A stretch of 64,000 nucleotides of DNA from Octopus vulgaris (Eukaryota), in assembly GCA_951406725.2 (NCBI GenBank), contig OX597830.1:75144001-75208000 (forward strand). The letters run 5' to 3'. Made by a program: the position numbers and the translations under genes. Under the pieces are notes generated by a model that made no database searches, had not been told where the DNA came from, and saw only the letters and a program-made list of their open reading frames with translations. Below are positions 41,595 to 55,242 of this stretch, in pieces; position 1 is the first letter of the stretch; every line of letters begins with the position of its first letter.

Positions 41595-42666
41595 GTTAAT
41601 AATAATAATAATAACAATAATAACACATTACTTTTGTTATTGTTGTAGTAGTTGCAATGGTGCTTGTTATGTCATAAATTTGTAATGGGATTTCTCTCTC
41701 ATACCAAAGAAGAATTAAAACGTGAAAAGCCTGAAATAAAGTGAAGATAATCAGATATCATGTATGAGCGTCTTGGAGATATATTTACAGATTCCAACGA
41801 TGCTGTTTCTTTTTTTTTTTTTTCAGAATATGCCTTTCCTTATCCTAACAGTTCAGGCATGTGGTCTAGTAGTAAGTGTATTGCGCTCACAATCGCAAGC
41901 TCTTTGTTTCGATTCCTGGGCAGAGTAGTGCGTTGTGTTCTTGTGGAAAGCATTTCGTTTCATGTTGTTCTGCCTTCGCATCGACATTTGACGTGTGGCA
42001 CACTTGTGCACCGGTGCAGGCAATGTCGATATGATGGAAAGGGTGAGATAATGTACAGCACATACGTTTGATCACTATAAACAAATCATCTGCGCAAAAG
42101 TTGCTAAAGCCTCATCTGTCGTTTACGACAGGAGTGTCCAACACACCCGAACAGTAAACATCGCCAATATTTTTGCAGAAATTATTGCGTATCGCTCCAG
42201 TGACAGCGTGTTACACAAGCCGTTATGGATGTAGCCCTGAACTGCCATGTTGTTCTGTTTAGCTCAATAGCTAAGTCAGCCTAATTCCTTCTGATCAGAG
42301 TTATTGCTGTATCGATTAGTATTAATTCACTTTTGTCATTTTTACCATGTGAAATTATGTCAAGCTTATTATGGCTATCAGTCGCAGTTGTACTCTCCGT
42401 ATGCCAAAGCTCTATAGAATTTTCGCATTGTCATTTTGTAAGATAAATGGACTTTCAAATGAGTGCCAGAGAGCTGCTTTCTCTTACGTGTTAAAATTGG
42501 GTGGCCAAGCCTCTATAGAGCAGTTTTCACTACGTAATTGCTTATCCAAGTATATTTTGTCAGAGCTGCATACTAATACAATGTGTTGTGTTAACTCATG
42601 AAATCCAGCATATAGATGACATATTCTATTCATATTTTATTAATAATAGGTATTCTTTTTCATATA

Positions 42667-43543
42667 TTTCGTTGTCCGATAAATTCGTTCGGTCCCTTCC
42701 AATGTTATTCGAATCAACATGAAAAGTTATTTTTCGAAGTGTTTTATGTTTTTTTTAATTTTTCAATCCTATTCCTCTTATACATATTTGTTTATTGTTT
42801 CTGAGATTTGAATAATTTTATTTCATTTTAGATATACGAAGATGTAGTACAATGTTGAAAACTATTAGCATCTTCGATACTACTTTCACTTCGCTTTCAG
42901 TCAAGGAAGCAAAACTGGTAGAATTACTTGAGATATTTTTGCAGAAAGAAATGGTTTTTCACGCTCCGATGAAAAGAAATTCGACTTCATATATTTCTGC
43001 GTTCCAGACGACCAGCTTAATTTAATGAGAATCGATTGAATTAGCTAATCCACGAGAATCTGTGCCAATTCAATAGGGAAATGGCTCAGCCAATGGAATG
43101 TTTTCATGGCATCCTTACTCGTTTTCTTTGCTCGATGGGCAATCCACCTGAAATATCCGACCTTATTCAGCACGACTAGGCTCGCTACCACGTCACTAAT
43201 TTGACCAAATATAATTATTAAGAGCTCGTTTGAGAAGTTCTATCACAAACCACAATATTCTCCTGATATAGTACCTGAAGTATAATTAGATTTTTTCGGT
43301 CACTCTCCAACATTCAGCAAGGCGTTTCGTTGAAGAACGACGTGGGGCTGAAAATGTGGTTCAATGAAACTTTCGAGTGAAGACCTAATTATTTCTGACA
43401 CCAAACTAGTGGAGTGTTGGTAAGAAGTTGAGAACAAGGATGGAAAATATACCATTGACTGATCTTTTAAAAGTGTTGGTGAAAAATGAGTATTAAAAGA
43501 AATGGCAAAAAATTAACAACAATTTTTTTCTGATAACCCAGTA
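42667..43543 (+). mobile_element. Old internally deleted mariner element
   Basis: Decayed motifs HLRYYFHFAFSQG (N-terminal), QHD*AR.H, PQYSPDI.P, RSLSN; TIR-like ends gttgtccgataaattc (~42670) and ctgataacccagta (~43530). Confidence 0.65.
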
Positions 43544-44033
43544 TATCTAATGGAAATCGCCTGCTTCTGAAATGTGAATAACGTTATTTCCCCTGCCTCA
43601 ATCATGAGGGATTATTGAACCAGGATATATAGCTATTTTGTGCTTGTGATTATTTATTTGCAGGCCGTTTAGTTCAAAGGAGTATTGTTTGAGCTAGGCC
43701 TTGATGTCAAAGTAGTAGTAGTGGCTGTTGTTGTTTAACCGCATGCGTATTGTGATTGGATTGACATATGATCAAAGTCGTTTCAACTGCAACCGTCTAT
43801 TCTTTGCGTATGTCGAGGACTATATTATCTAATGTGTATTTTCTCGTTTTAAAGTGGCAAGGCATTTATGAGATAAGTGAGTGCCATTTCTAGCAAGTCG
43901 AATGACAGTACAGAAGCCCTTTTGTAGCTACCTAGTCCGAATCCCTTACTGGCACAAATTACAAGCAGTCCTGTACAAGAAAGGCTGTATCACGTACCTA
44001 TTCATGCGTTTGTATGTGCATATGTATATACAC

Positions 44034-44385
44034 ATTGGGTCATCCCATAAATAAAACGGCTTTTTATACTTCTTTTATTTTTCAAAATTAAGATAAACAA
44101 AGTTCCGTTTTAACCTAAAATATACTCTCCTTCATTTTCTACAAAGCTCTTCCATCTATCTGGTAAACTTCCAAGGCCCTTCTTCCAAAATTCACTTCTC
44201 CGTGACGAAAAATACTCCTCTTGTACTGTTTTGGCCTCGTCTACAGAATTCATATTTTTTCGTCCAAATGATTCCGAAAACTGCTGAATAAATGATAATC
44301 AGATGAAGCACTCACTGTCCGGCGAATATGGTGTGTGGGGCATCGTTTCCCATTCAAACTGCTCCAGCCTTTCGAATGTAATCCT
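44034..44385 (-). mobile_element. Mariner 3' remnant with TIR-like end
   Basis: RLEQFEWETMPHTPYSPD..SSDYHLF..LPDRWKSFVENEGEYI; end attgggtcatcccataaataa. Confidence 0.85.
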
Positions 44386-44944
44386 ATAGTATTTCTCTGC
44401 TTTTCTTCCGTTCCTTCGAAACCATAAAAGGAATTTTGTTATCTCCTTAAAGCTTCTTGTCAAAGACAATGCTTTCTAATATTTAAACTATTGTCTTAGC
44501 AAGATCTGGAACTTATTGTACTTGTGTTTCAATTACGGTGGTTCATTATCGTAAAAAATATCATGCACATTGATATACGAAGGAAGGATTGTCTCGGTAG
44601 TCGTACAAAAAGCAAACCAGAATTAGAACATATTCACAGCTTTAAACATAAAAAAAATTACTGGTGGAGCGTTACAAAAGAAACAGCAACCTAATTTTAA
44701 AACTTTGTTCAGATAATTATCCTATAAGGCAAAACTCATTCCCTGTCGCAGAGAGCAACTGTAAATGATTATCAAAGTTGTTTTCTGTGTACACGAGTGC
44801 ATCAAAGATTTATGGAGAGGAAAGCAGGAATCTAGGGAACATTAATGAGAAACTTGCAGCTCTTGATATTTATTGTTATAGGTGCACTTGGTCATGCAGT
44901 ATCTGCTTTGTGTTAAAGTGGAGAAATCTGAATTCTCCGAGAAT

Positions 44945-46470
44945 ATATGAAAAAAAGGGGGGGCATATCCGAATGTACACATACACACAAAAATACGCAC
45001 ATCCGTATAAACAAGCAAGCATAAGCGCCCCACAGAGGTGAGCGTGGATGTGCATGCTTGTATGTATGTGTGTATGTATTATTATGTATGTATGTATGTA
45101 TGTATGCATAGATGGATGAATAGATGGGTGTGCATGTGTGTATGTGCATATGTGCACATGTATATGTATCTGTTTATGTATACGTATGTGTTTACGCATA
45201 TGCATGTGTGAATGTTAGTGCGCATGACTGTGTAAATGTAAATATTTCATATATGTATGTCTGCACATGTGTGGAGGCACATGGCCTAGGGGACAGAGCA
45301 GCGGACTTGCGGTCGAGGGGTCGCGGGTTCGAATCTCAGACCGGGCATTTATGAGCGAAACACCAAAGCTCCACGCGGAATGGCAGACTTCTGCTGACTC
45401 TTTCGCCACAACTTTCTCTCACTCTTTCTTGCATCTTGCAGCTCACCTGCGACGGACCGGTGGGGAACCTAAACGCCATGAAAACCGGAAAAACCGGCCC
45501 TTATGAGCCAGGCACGGCTCGAGAAGGAACAAATAAAAAAAGTAACAGGGCTCTTTTACTTCGGGATCAATTTTTGGTATTTCTAGGCATGTGAATTAAT
45601 TTGTGTATTTATTTGTATGCACATACTCGCACGACATATTCACGCGCACACACACAAACAGTAATGAAGTATACACTTATATATGTAATACAGTGATATT
45701 CTCACACACAACACTCGTATAAGTATGTGCATGTACATGCCTACAAATAAATACACAAATTCATTCACATGCCTAAAAATACAAAAAAATTGTCCAGAAG
45801 TAGAAGAGCCTTGTCACGTTGTTAGTGACCGACTTAAAGTGCGCAGAAGGAAAAAATAAATGGATCACATTCATAAAAAACATATAAATACAAACATTCA
45901 CACATATTTGTGTCTATGTATAAATTTATATTTGTACATTTACGCTTACATTAATGCACACACACATACACACACACACACATATATATATATATAAATG
46001 TTCATGTACATATATTTATATGTACTTACATGTGCATGCACATACATATTTATAAATATGTACATTATCTTCGTCATGCGCCCTAACATTCATACATACA
46101 TACATACATATACATAAACACATACATATACATGAGCACATACACACACACATATGCACATTCATTCATCCATGCATACATACATAGACGCACATACATA
46201 CATGCATATATAATACATACCCATACACACACACACACACACACACACGCACATTCATCCAACCATGCAGCTATACATAGACGCGTGCACACATGCACAC
46301 ACACATACACACACAGACTGTGCTACAATGTCAACAACCGATGACCGTAACTTTATGCTTATGTTTGCGCACGCTCACCTCTGAGGGGGTGCTTATGCTT
46401 GCTTATTTATACAGATGTACGTATTTTTGTTTGTATGTGTACGTTCGGTATTTTCACCACTTTTTACATA
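44945..46470. repeat. ~1.5-kb old foldback (nested inverted repeat)
   Basis: Paired blocks 44967-45046/46370-46450, 45210-45270/46028-46091 and 45549-45627/45722-45810. Confidence 0.8.
45271..45535 (+). mobile_element. tRNA-head SINE, body type B, in the left arm of the foldback
   Basis: GTGGAGGCACATGGCCTAG..GGTTCGAATCTC..GGCTCGAGAAGGAAC. Confidence 0.85.
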
Positions 46471-46800
46471 CATTTTTACCTCTAAACCTTTAGTATATAT
46501 ATATATATATATATATATTTCTGATCCACTTACAAAGGATTTCTTTTTCATTCTTCCATATTTTGGAATTTGAATTTTAATTTTTATTACATTACATTTA
46601 TTTATTTATCATTTTTCGGCTCTTTCTGTCCATCTTCGTTTTTTGAACTTTTAGAAAGATTTTATTAATCTTTCTCTGTATAGTTTGTTTGTTGCATTGC
46701 ATTACATTTCGCTTACATTTTTTTGAATTTATCTCACTATGATATATGTAGTTGTGTGTGAGTGAATTTATATACGTTTATATGCCTATATATGCATATA

Positions 46801-46862
<62 letters not shown>

Positions 46863-46885
46863 TACATATATGCATATACATATGC

Positions 46886-46963
<78 letters not shown>

Positions 46964-47359
46964 ATTGTCATTGACGTGTATATTATTTTATATTTCACTA
47001 TTTTTCTGTTTTGTTCTTTTTTTGTGTTTTTTTCTTTCCGTATGTGTTTCTTTTTGTTTTTTCCTGTCAAACATATTTGCTACATTAAGTTCTGTGATGC
47101 ATTGCATTATACGATACGCTTGCAAAATCTTGATTAAAAGTCCCTTAATAACTGCAATATAATTTTTTTTTTTTTAACTGTAATTTCTTTATTTTATTTA
47201 TAAAAGTTATTTATTTATATTTTCATTCAGAATAATCGTACAACAGATTTTTAATAATTCACTTAAGAAGAACAAAAAAATAAAATAAAATAAAATGAAA
47301 TAAAATATAATAAAACAAAACAAACAAGAAAAGAAAAAAAGTAAACAGAATTGAAAGTA

Positions 47360-47411
<52 letters not shown>

Positions 47412-47690
47412 GTAATCATAAAATAATCAATTGAAAATATTAAAGGCTAAAAAACAAAACATCCTTTTTGAATACAGTGACGGTAGACGAACATAAGGCA
47501 AGAAAAATCAAAGCAATGAATAAACTATATTTTGATATACACGTGTGGTTGTTAAAAAAATGTGTATTTATACATACGCACATATACGCATGGGTACATA
47601 TATATGTATACATGCATACACGCTATATCTCTCTATATATGATTGTAAATATATATTCAATATATATATATATATGTGTGTGTGTGTCTG

Positions 47691-47731
<41 letters not shown>

Positions 47732-47769
47732 CATATTCAGATAATAATAATGAATACGATAATAATAAC

Positions 47770-47836
<67 letters not shown>

Positions 47837-47889
47837 ATAGCAGCAGCAGCAGTAGCACTAGTAGTAGTAACAAAAACAACAATAACAGC

Positions 47890-47948
<59 letters not shown>

Positions 47949-48099
47949 TAATAATAATGATAATAACAATAATAATAATAATAGCAATAATGATGATAAA
48001 GATGATAATGATAAATAATAATGATAATAAGAATGATAATAATAATAATAATACCATAACAATAATAATAATAATAATAATAATAACAATAAAAATAAC

Positions 48100-48132
<33 letters not shown>

Positions 48133-48134
<2 letters not shown>

Positions 48135-48176
48135 GTGTATACCCATGTGAGATAAGTCCATTAAACTATCCAACTG
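48133..48176. repeat. 44-bp (AAT)n-associated element, copy 3
   Basis: Identical to copy 2; preceded by a degenerate (AAT)n tract. Confidence 0.9.
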
Positions 48177-48499
48177 TTTGTCTCATATTTTGGTTTTAGC
48201 AATTCGCCGTTGATCGCAAATTTCTTTCTTTTAAGTTTCGGGCTGTGGGTTGTGATATTCATGACGTCAAGTATGTGTCTGTTTATTGCTGTTTGTGTGC
48301 ATGTGTGTGTGTATATGTGCGTGATGGTATGTGTGCTTCTGTAGTGTGTTTGTGCGCAAGTGTTTATGTATGTACATATACTTATGAATATGTGTGTATG
48401 TGTGTGTGTGTATAGCTAGTTAGATAGATATACATATATTTAACTCTATGTATATATATATATATATATGTACATGTATATACAAATATTCATACATGT

Positions 48500-48531
<32 letters not shown>

Positions 48532-48554
48532 GTACATACACACACTTGTATATG

Positions 48555-49195
48555 CAGGGTTATTGAAAAATAACTCCCTATTTCAAAATACTTATAATTT
48601 ATTTATTAATTATAATTTTTAGAAAAATGAATATGTGAAGAAAGGGTGTAGCATGGGATTTTATTTAAAATTCGATATAGGCACCAGCATTCACTCCCAG
48701 CTTCTCAAGTGGCCCGGGAACTGCATCAACTGATTTCATTAGGAAATCTTGTAGGATATAGAAGACATAACTTCTCGTATTCGCCCTTCAAGTTCTTCCA
48801 AAACTGTGAGTTTGGCAGAGTGGACTTGCTACTTTAACCAATCCCAAAGAAAAACGTCGCAAGATGTTAAATCAGAGATTCTGGCCAGACAATCATGCGG
48901 ACCTCGACGACCCATCCATCTCCCAGAGAAGTGGGCATTCAGCCATTCACAAACAACAAAAGCAAAACGTGTAGGACCGCCATCTTGCATAAAAATCAAA
49001 TTTTCAATATTCTCCCAAGTACTTATAACTGGTCAGATTTCATCTTGCAGTATGGTGAGGTTCCTTTCCTCATTCATGGTATTGCAAAGGATGAAAGGAC
49101 TCACAAATCTGTCCAAAGTTATTCCACAGCATACGCCTGCTTCAAATATTGTGCCATTGGGTATGACAGTGAACCCAATACAACAACCATACGTC
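48555..49195 (-). mobile_element. IS630-Tc1-mariner DD41D (rosa/Visitor-type) transposase remnant
   Basis: Hand translation FMQD-GGPTRFAFVVCEWLNAHFSGRWMGRRGPHDCLARISDLTSC-DVFLW gives 41 aa between the Asp residues; TIR-like CAGGGT end at 48555; internal stop. Confidence 0.82.
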
Positions 49196-49296
49196 ACTGA
49201 TACTTATCGATGATACAACATTGCCGAGGCAGTGAGGCAGTCACTATGCGGTCTCTGGATGTGTTAGAAATAGCAGCCAAATATTCCTCAGATAAT

Positions 49297-49598
49297 TTTT
49301 TTTGTTCTGTTCCTTCTCGAGTCATGCCTGGCTCATTAGGGCCGGTTTCCTTGGCGTATAGGTTCCCCACCTTGACGGGACGCCGGTCCGTCGCAGGTGA
49401 GCTGCAAGATGCAGGAGAAAAGAGTGAGAGAAAGATGTGGCGAAAGATTCAGCAGAAGTTCGCCATTACCTTCTGCCGGAGCCGCGTGGAGCTTAGGTGT
49501 TTCGCTCACAAACACACACATCGCCTAGTCTGAGATTCGAACCCGCGATTCCTCGACCGCGAGTCCGCTGCTCTAAGCACTAGGCCATGTGCCTTCAC
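49297..49598 (-). mobile_element. tRNA-head SINE, body type B, with 12-bp TSD
   Basis: Flanked by tcctcagataat (49285-49296) and tcctctgataat (49599-49610); inserted in a copy of the ~215-bp repeat. Confidence 0.88.
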
Positions 49599-49658
49599 TC
49601 CTCTGATAATACTATACTATATTACGGAACAAAGGACAGTCAGAGCCATAAAGTCCTA

Positions 49659-49725
<67 letters not shown>

Positions 49726-50095
49726 ACGACGACATTGTTATCGCTAGTTGGAATGTCTTTGTTCATAGGTATTCTAGACCAGGGCTGACTTAGATCTAAA
49801 CAACGACAAAGAAAAAACAGCAACATCAATAACATCATTATTATCCTCATCGTCGTCGTCATCTTCGTCATCAACAACAGCAACAACAGCAGCAGCAGCA
49901 ACAAAATCGATGAATTACGTTGTCTTCTCAGACCTAAATAGACTGGACATTTTGAAATCTAAGTTACTTGGTCGCCAACGGAACGGCAATAACAATGATA
50001 TAATGTGAACAATGGATCTCTCTTTTGCTTTCTATCATCCTCTGTCATTCAAAGTCTCATACCGCACCCCACTTTCTCTCTCTCTGTCTCGCTCC

Positions 50096-50130
<35 letters not shown>

Positions 50131-50719
50131 TACAATAAAACGTTCGGTCACTGTCAGAAGCATAGATAAATGAGATTCTAGTTAAATAATGTCCGAGTTT
50201 TAGTGCTGTTGATGTCGAAAGGTGGACTCCTACTTTGTCATTTTTAATTAATTTGTGCGTGGTGAGGTTTGGCAGACAATCGCCGAACGGTGAACGAAAG
50301 GAGTTACAATATATAATTTCATCTCACTATATCTGTTATCAATCAAAATTTACCTGAAATATACCATCATGTTATATATAGTGAGAGCTTGAGCCAAAGA
50401 CAGTGCTTCTACGTGGTTGCTAGAAATAGCAACCAGATCTCTCTCAAATTACATTCTACAATCTTAAATTCGTTGAAATTTTGACACAAGGACATCAATT
50501 TTACATCAGACCCAGTACTCAACTGATTTTATCAAAAAAGTCATTTTATCAAATAAGAATGGCCAGCTCGAGTCAAGTGACATATGAATATGAATTCAGA
50601 ACGTAAAGCCGGAAAATATGACGTTAACCATTTTGTCCGGTATGCTGACGGTTCGATCTGTACGCCGTCTAATTCTACTATCTTAAATAAGATGACGTGG
50701 TTCTAATTCCCTACGTATT

Positions 50720-51560
50720 CGTTTCTACTCTAGGCACAAGGCCCGAAACTTTTGGGGAGGGGGTCAGTCGATTAGATCGACCCCAGTACGCAACTGGTAC
50801 TTACGTTATCGACCCCGAAACGATAAAAGACAAACTTTTCTTCGGCGGAATTTGAACTCAGAATATAATGGCAGACGAAATACCACTAAGCATTTCGCTC
50901 GGCGTGCTGACATTTCTTCATTGCCCACCAGGGGTTAAACAGAGGGGACAAACAAGGACAGACAAACGGATTAAATCGATTATATCAGTCCAAGTGCGTA
51001 ACTGGTACTTAATATATCGACCACGAAAGGATGAAAGGCAAAGTCGACCTCGGCGGAATTTGAACTCAGAACGTAGCGACAGATGAAATACCGCTAAGCA
51101 TTCCGCCTGGCGTGCTTAACGTTACTGCCAGCTCGGAGCCTTTAGTAAGCGCTATTATTCTTTTCTTCTCTAGGCACAAGGCCTGAAAGTATGGGGGAGG
51201 GGACCACTCCATTAGAGCGACCCCAGTACGCAACTGCTACTTAAATGATCGATCCCGAAAGTATGAAAGGCAAAGTCGACCTCGGTGGAATTTGAACTTA
51301 GAACGTAACGGGAGACGAAATACCTATTTCTTTACTACGCACAAGGGGCGAAACACGGGGGGGGGGCAAACAAGGATAGACAAACGGATTATGTCGATTA
51401 TATCGACCTCTGTGCGTAGCTGGTACTTATTTAATCGACCCCGAAAGGATGAAAGGCTAAGTCGACCTCGGCGGAATTTGAACTCAGAACGTAGCCGCAG
51501 ACGAAATACCGCTGAGCATTTCGCCCGGCGTGCTTAACGTTTCTGCCAGCTCGTCGCCTT
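50720..51560 (-). mobile_element. Head-to-tail multimer of Meta-domain-type SINE units
   Basis: Four units with cggcggaatttgaactcagaa-like B-box region and two alternating 3' ends (..tttgtcccc.. and ..ggccttgtgccta..). Confidence 0.85.
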
Positions 51561-51679
51561 TAATTACCTACTTATTCTAAAATAGAAGATATGGTCACGG
51601 TTTTATGATGGTCAAGGGAGCTGACCAATGAAATCATAGATCATATTGTTTACTGCTTTATAATTTATTTTCTTTTATT

Positions 51680-52083
51680 CTTTTATTCCTTTTACTCGTT
51701 TTACTGCAGCCATGCTGGAGCACCGCCTTTAGTGGAAGAAATTGACCCCAGGACTTGTAATCCTAGTACATATATGTTACGGGGACGTAAACACACCAGC
51801 ATAGGTTATCAAGCAAGGTTTGGGGGGACAAACACAGACAGTCAAACATATACACACACATACATACACACATACACACATATACACACACACACACATA
51901 TATGTGTATATATATATATATACGATGGGCTTCTTTCAGTTTCCGTTTGCCAAATCCAGTCACAACGCTTAGGTCGACTCGAAGCTATAGTAGAAGACAC
52001 TTGTCCAAGTTGCCACGCAGTGGGACTGAACCCGGAACCATGTGGTTGGTAAATAAGCTACTTACTACAGAGCCACTCCTGCA
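51680..52083 (-). mobile_element. CORE-type SINE
   Basis: Reverse complement of the 7928 family. Confidence 0.85.
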
Positions 52084-52540
52084 ACTTGTTTCATTTCTTG
52101 ACATTTAGCCATACTAGTGCACCGCCTTGAAGGATTTAGCAAGAGAAATTGACCCAAGTATATATTTCAAGATTGGTAATTAACGTGTTAGTTTTTACAA
52201 AACGCTAACATACGGTGGCGTAAACAAGCCAACTTCGATTGTTAGGCAGCGCTGGAGGGAGTCTAACACAGAAGCAAAGACGCTTACACTTATATATACA
52301 ACGGACTACAACATAATTTTCGTTTGCAAAGAGTGAGAGAGGGAGAGTGGGAAAAAGAAATTGAGAAAGAGATGCAAACACACAGACAGTAAGTGAGAAC
52401 TAGATAAATTATGTATAGAAATTATATAGTAATGCTCAAATGAATTTGAGCTTAAACACTCAATTTTTTTAACTACGGCAAGGCCCACTGTGTCAGCAAT
52501 GCTAAAAGAGAGATCCAAATTCAACTTCATAAGCTAGTGG

Positions 52541-52593
<53 letters not shown>

Positions 52594-52595
<2 letters not shown>

Positions 52596-52778
52596 GAGAA
52601 CATCGTCTCCAGCTAGCTTTAGGCACACTTTCTGTGTCTAAAGCCAGCTGGAGACGATGTTCTCCTGGGGCTACAAGCTACAGTAACAGCCACCCTTAGT
52701 GGTTAGCCATATTGAGATGGCAAGTATACTTCACACTGTCGTGCAGTTATACTTCGTTCAGAGATTTATTATTGCTTA
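52594..52778 (+). mobile_element. Short foldback related to family 2 (28473)
   Basis: Hairpin aggagaacatcgtctccagctagctttaggcaca/tgtgtctaaagccagctggagacgatgttctcct (52594-52666) plus tail; between (AT)n tracts. Confidence 0.65.
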
Positions 52779-52782
52779 TATA

Positions 52783-52872
<90 letters not shown>

Positions 52873-53183
52873 GTATGTGTGTGTGTGTGTGTGTGCGTGC
52901 GTACATTTACATAGAGCAACAAAAGGGATCAGCATAAAATACAAAGCAATTACGTAATATCTTAACTCCACAGCTGTTTCAAGTTAGCACTACTATACAG
53001 TTTATATTTGCCAATCTTTTCATGATTGGTCAGCCGGCTTACAGTTATATTTTCATGGGACTCGTCGCCGTAAGCATACGTGTGAGACTCTGCAAATATC
53101 ACTTGCAAATTGTAACTATTACGAAACTCCGGGCTTCTGAAATATCCGTTGATTTCATTCTGCATTTTGGTGCTGCTTGTAAA

Positions 53184-53584
53184 TATATATATATATATAA
53201 AAGTGAAGTTGTGTGTCTGTCTCCTACGATTTAGATTCCTAACTACTCCCACATTTTGCGGTGCAGTTTAACCAAAACCGGGTATCTTATAGTCGTGATT
53301 CATATCGAGCCCTTCTGGGTATTAGCGCGCGTCTACGATGAGTCTACGATTTTAAAAAAAATTAACAATTTTTTTTCCATGTTAATGCATTTTTTCGCTA
53401 TTATATAAGGGAAGTAACTCTCTAAAAATGTCTACGATGAGTCAACGATTTTTTAAAAAAAATTACCATAATTTTTTTTCCATTTTTAATGCATTTTTTT
53501 GCTATCTTTTGGCTATAACTCTTTAAAAATGCTTATATAGTTATTTCCCTTACAAACCCGAGCAACGCCGGGCGATACTGCTAG
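53184..53584 (+). mobile_element. Non-autonomous Helitron
   Basis: Starts in (TA)n-AAAAGTGAAG (5' TC not visible); internal direct repeats gtctacgatgagtc; 3' hairpin cccgagcaacgccggg then CTAG|T at 53581-53585. Confidence 0.82.
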
Positions 53585-53984
53585 TATCACATAAAGTGTT
53601 ACTCAGAATTTCACGTTCCAGTTTCTTCAGACGGCTTTGTTAGAATGGAATAAAATAAGGTTATAAGCAAGCATATACGATTAGTTTAATGGATACACAT
53701 TTGAAAATGGCTTTGTTTCATTGGTCCTTTCAACTAACGGTCTTTACAATAAACGTTTGCATACAATGAACAAAATTCTTTATACTATCATCTTATAAAA
53801 TCGGAGAAAACCTTAAAATGTTTGCATAACTTTTGGGAAAGACACAAAAAAAGAAAAATGTGTGGAAATTGAACCTGCAAGCGCATTAGATATTGAGACA
53901 GAGTCACTCGGTCCAAACACAGCAAAATTTATTTAAAGACGCGATTTCATATCCAGAATCTTTCAAACTTGATACAAAGGCGAT

Positions 53985-54237
53985 ATACATGCATACATAC
54001 ATACATACATACATAAATACATACATACATACATACATACATACATGCATACATGCATACATACATACATACATACATACATACATACATACATACATAC
54101 ATACATACATACATGCATACATACATACATACATACATACATACCTATATACATACATATATACACATAGTCACAAACATATATGTTTGTGTTTAAATTT
54201 ATGTAAATAGATAGATACATAGATAGATAGATGGATG

Positions 54238-54292
<55 letters not shown>

Positions 54293-54327
54293 GGATGAAT
54301 GGATGGATGGATTGATAGATAGATAGA

Positions 54328-54402
<75 letters not shown>

Positions 54403-54497
54403 CATACATGCATACATACATACATATATACATACATACATACACACAGTCACAAACATGTTTGTGTTTAAATTTATGTAAATAGATAGATAGAAAT

Positions 54498-54545
<48 letters not shown>
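53985..54545. repeat. Duplicated compound (CATA)n-spacer-(GATA)n array
   Basis: Spacer agtcacaaacat..gtttgtgtttaaatttatgtaaatag occurs at ~54169 and ~54448. Confidence 0.88.
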
Positions 54546-54546
<1 letters not shown>

Positions 54547-54896
54547 AACGCACGCATTCTGCTTACATTTAGAATGTCCTTTCTCCCTTTCGCCGAAGTA
54601 AAATATATTTAGAATTTCATTCTACAAATGAAAGATTCGATACAATCATTCAGATGAGATACTGTAAAATGTATCGTGATAGCACATGGCTTTGTGGTTA
54701 GGGTATTTAACTCATGAGTATAATGTCATGGGTTCGATTCACGGATCGCACGGATCGAGGTGTTCTTAAACGAGTACTTGTCCTGCTGAGATTTCGTCAA
54801 CTCTGCTGAAATCCAGCAACATCTCATTCTTAATGCCTCACTCTTTATATTCAGCAGTCAGATTTTTTCATGTTCCGCAGGGTAACAGAATATAGT

Positions 54897-55242
54897 GTGG
54901 AAGCACTCCGTCGGTTACGACGACGAGGGTTCCGGTTGATCCGAGTCAACGGAACAGCCTGCTCGTGTACCCTTAACGTAGTTCTCGGGGATATTCAGCG
55001 TGACACAGAGAGTGACAAGGCCGGCCCTTTGAAATACAGGTACAACAGAAACAGGAAGTAAGAGTGAGAGAAAATTGTGGTGAAAGAGTACAACAGGGAT
55101 CACCACCATCCCCTGCCGGAGCCTCGTGGACCTTTAGGTGTTTTCGCTCAATAAACACTCACAACGTCCGGTCTGGGAATCGAAACCGCGATCCTGTGAC
55201 CGCGAGTCCGCTGCCCTAACCACTGGGCCATTGCGCCTCCAC
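54897..55242 (-). mobile_element. tRNA-head SINE, body type C, with perfect 15-bp TSD
   Basis: TSD gtaacagaatatagt at 54882-54896 and 55243-55257; body ..TTCAAAGGGCCGGCCTTGTCAC..CGTCGTAACCGACGGAGTGC. Confidence 0.92.
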
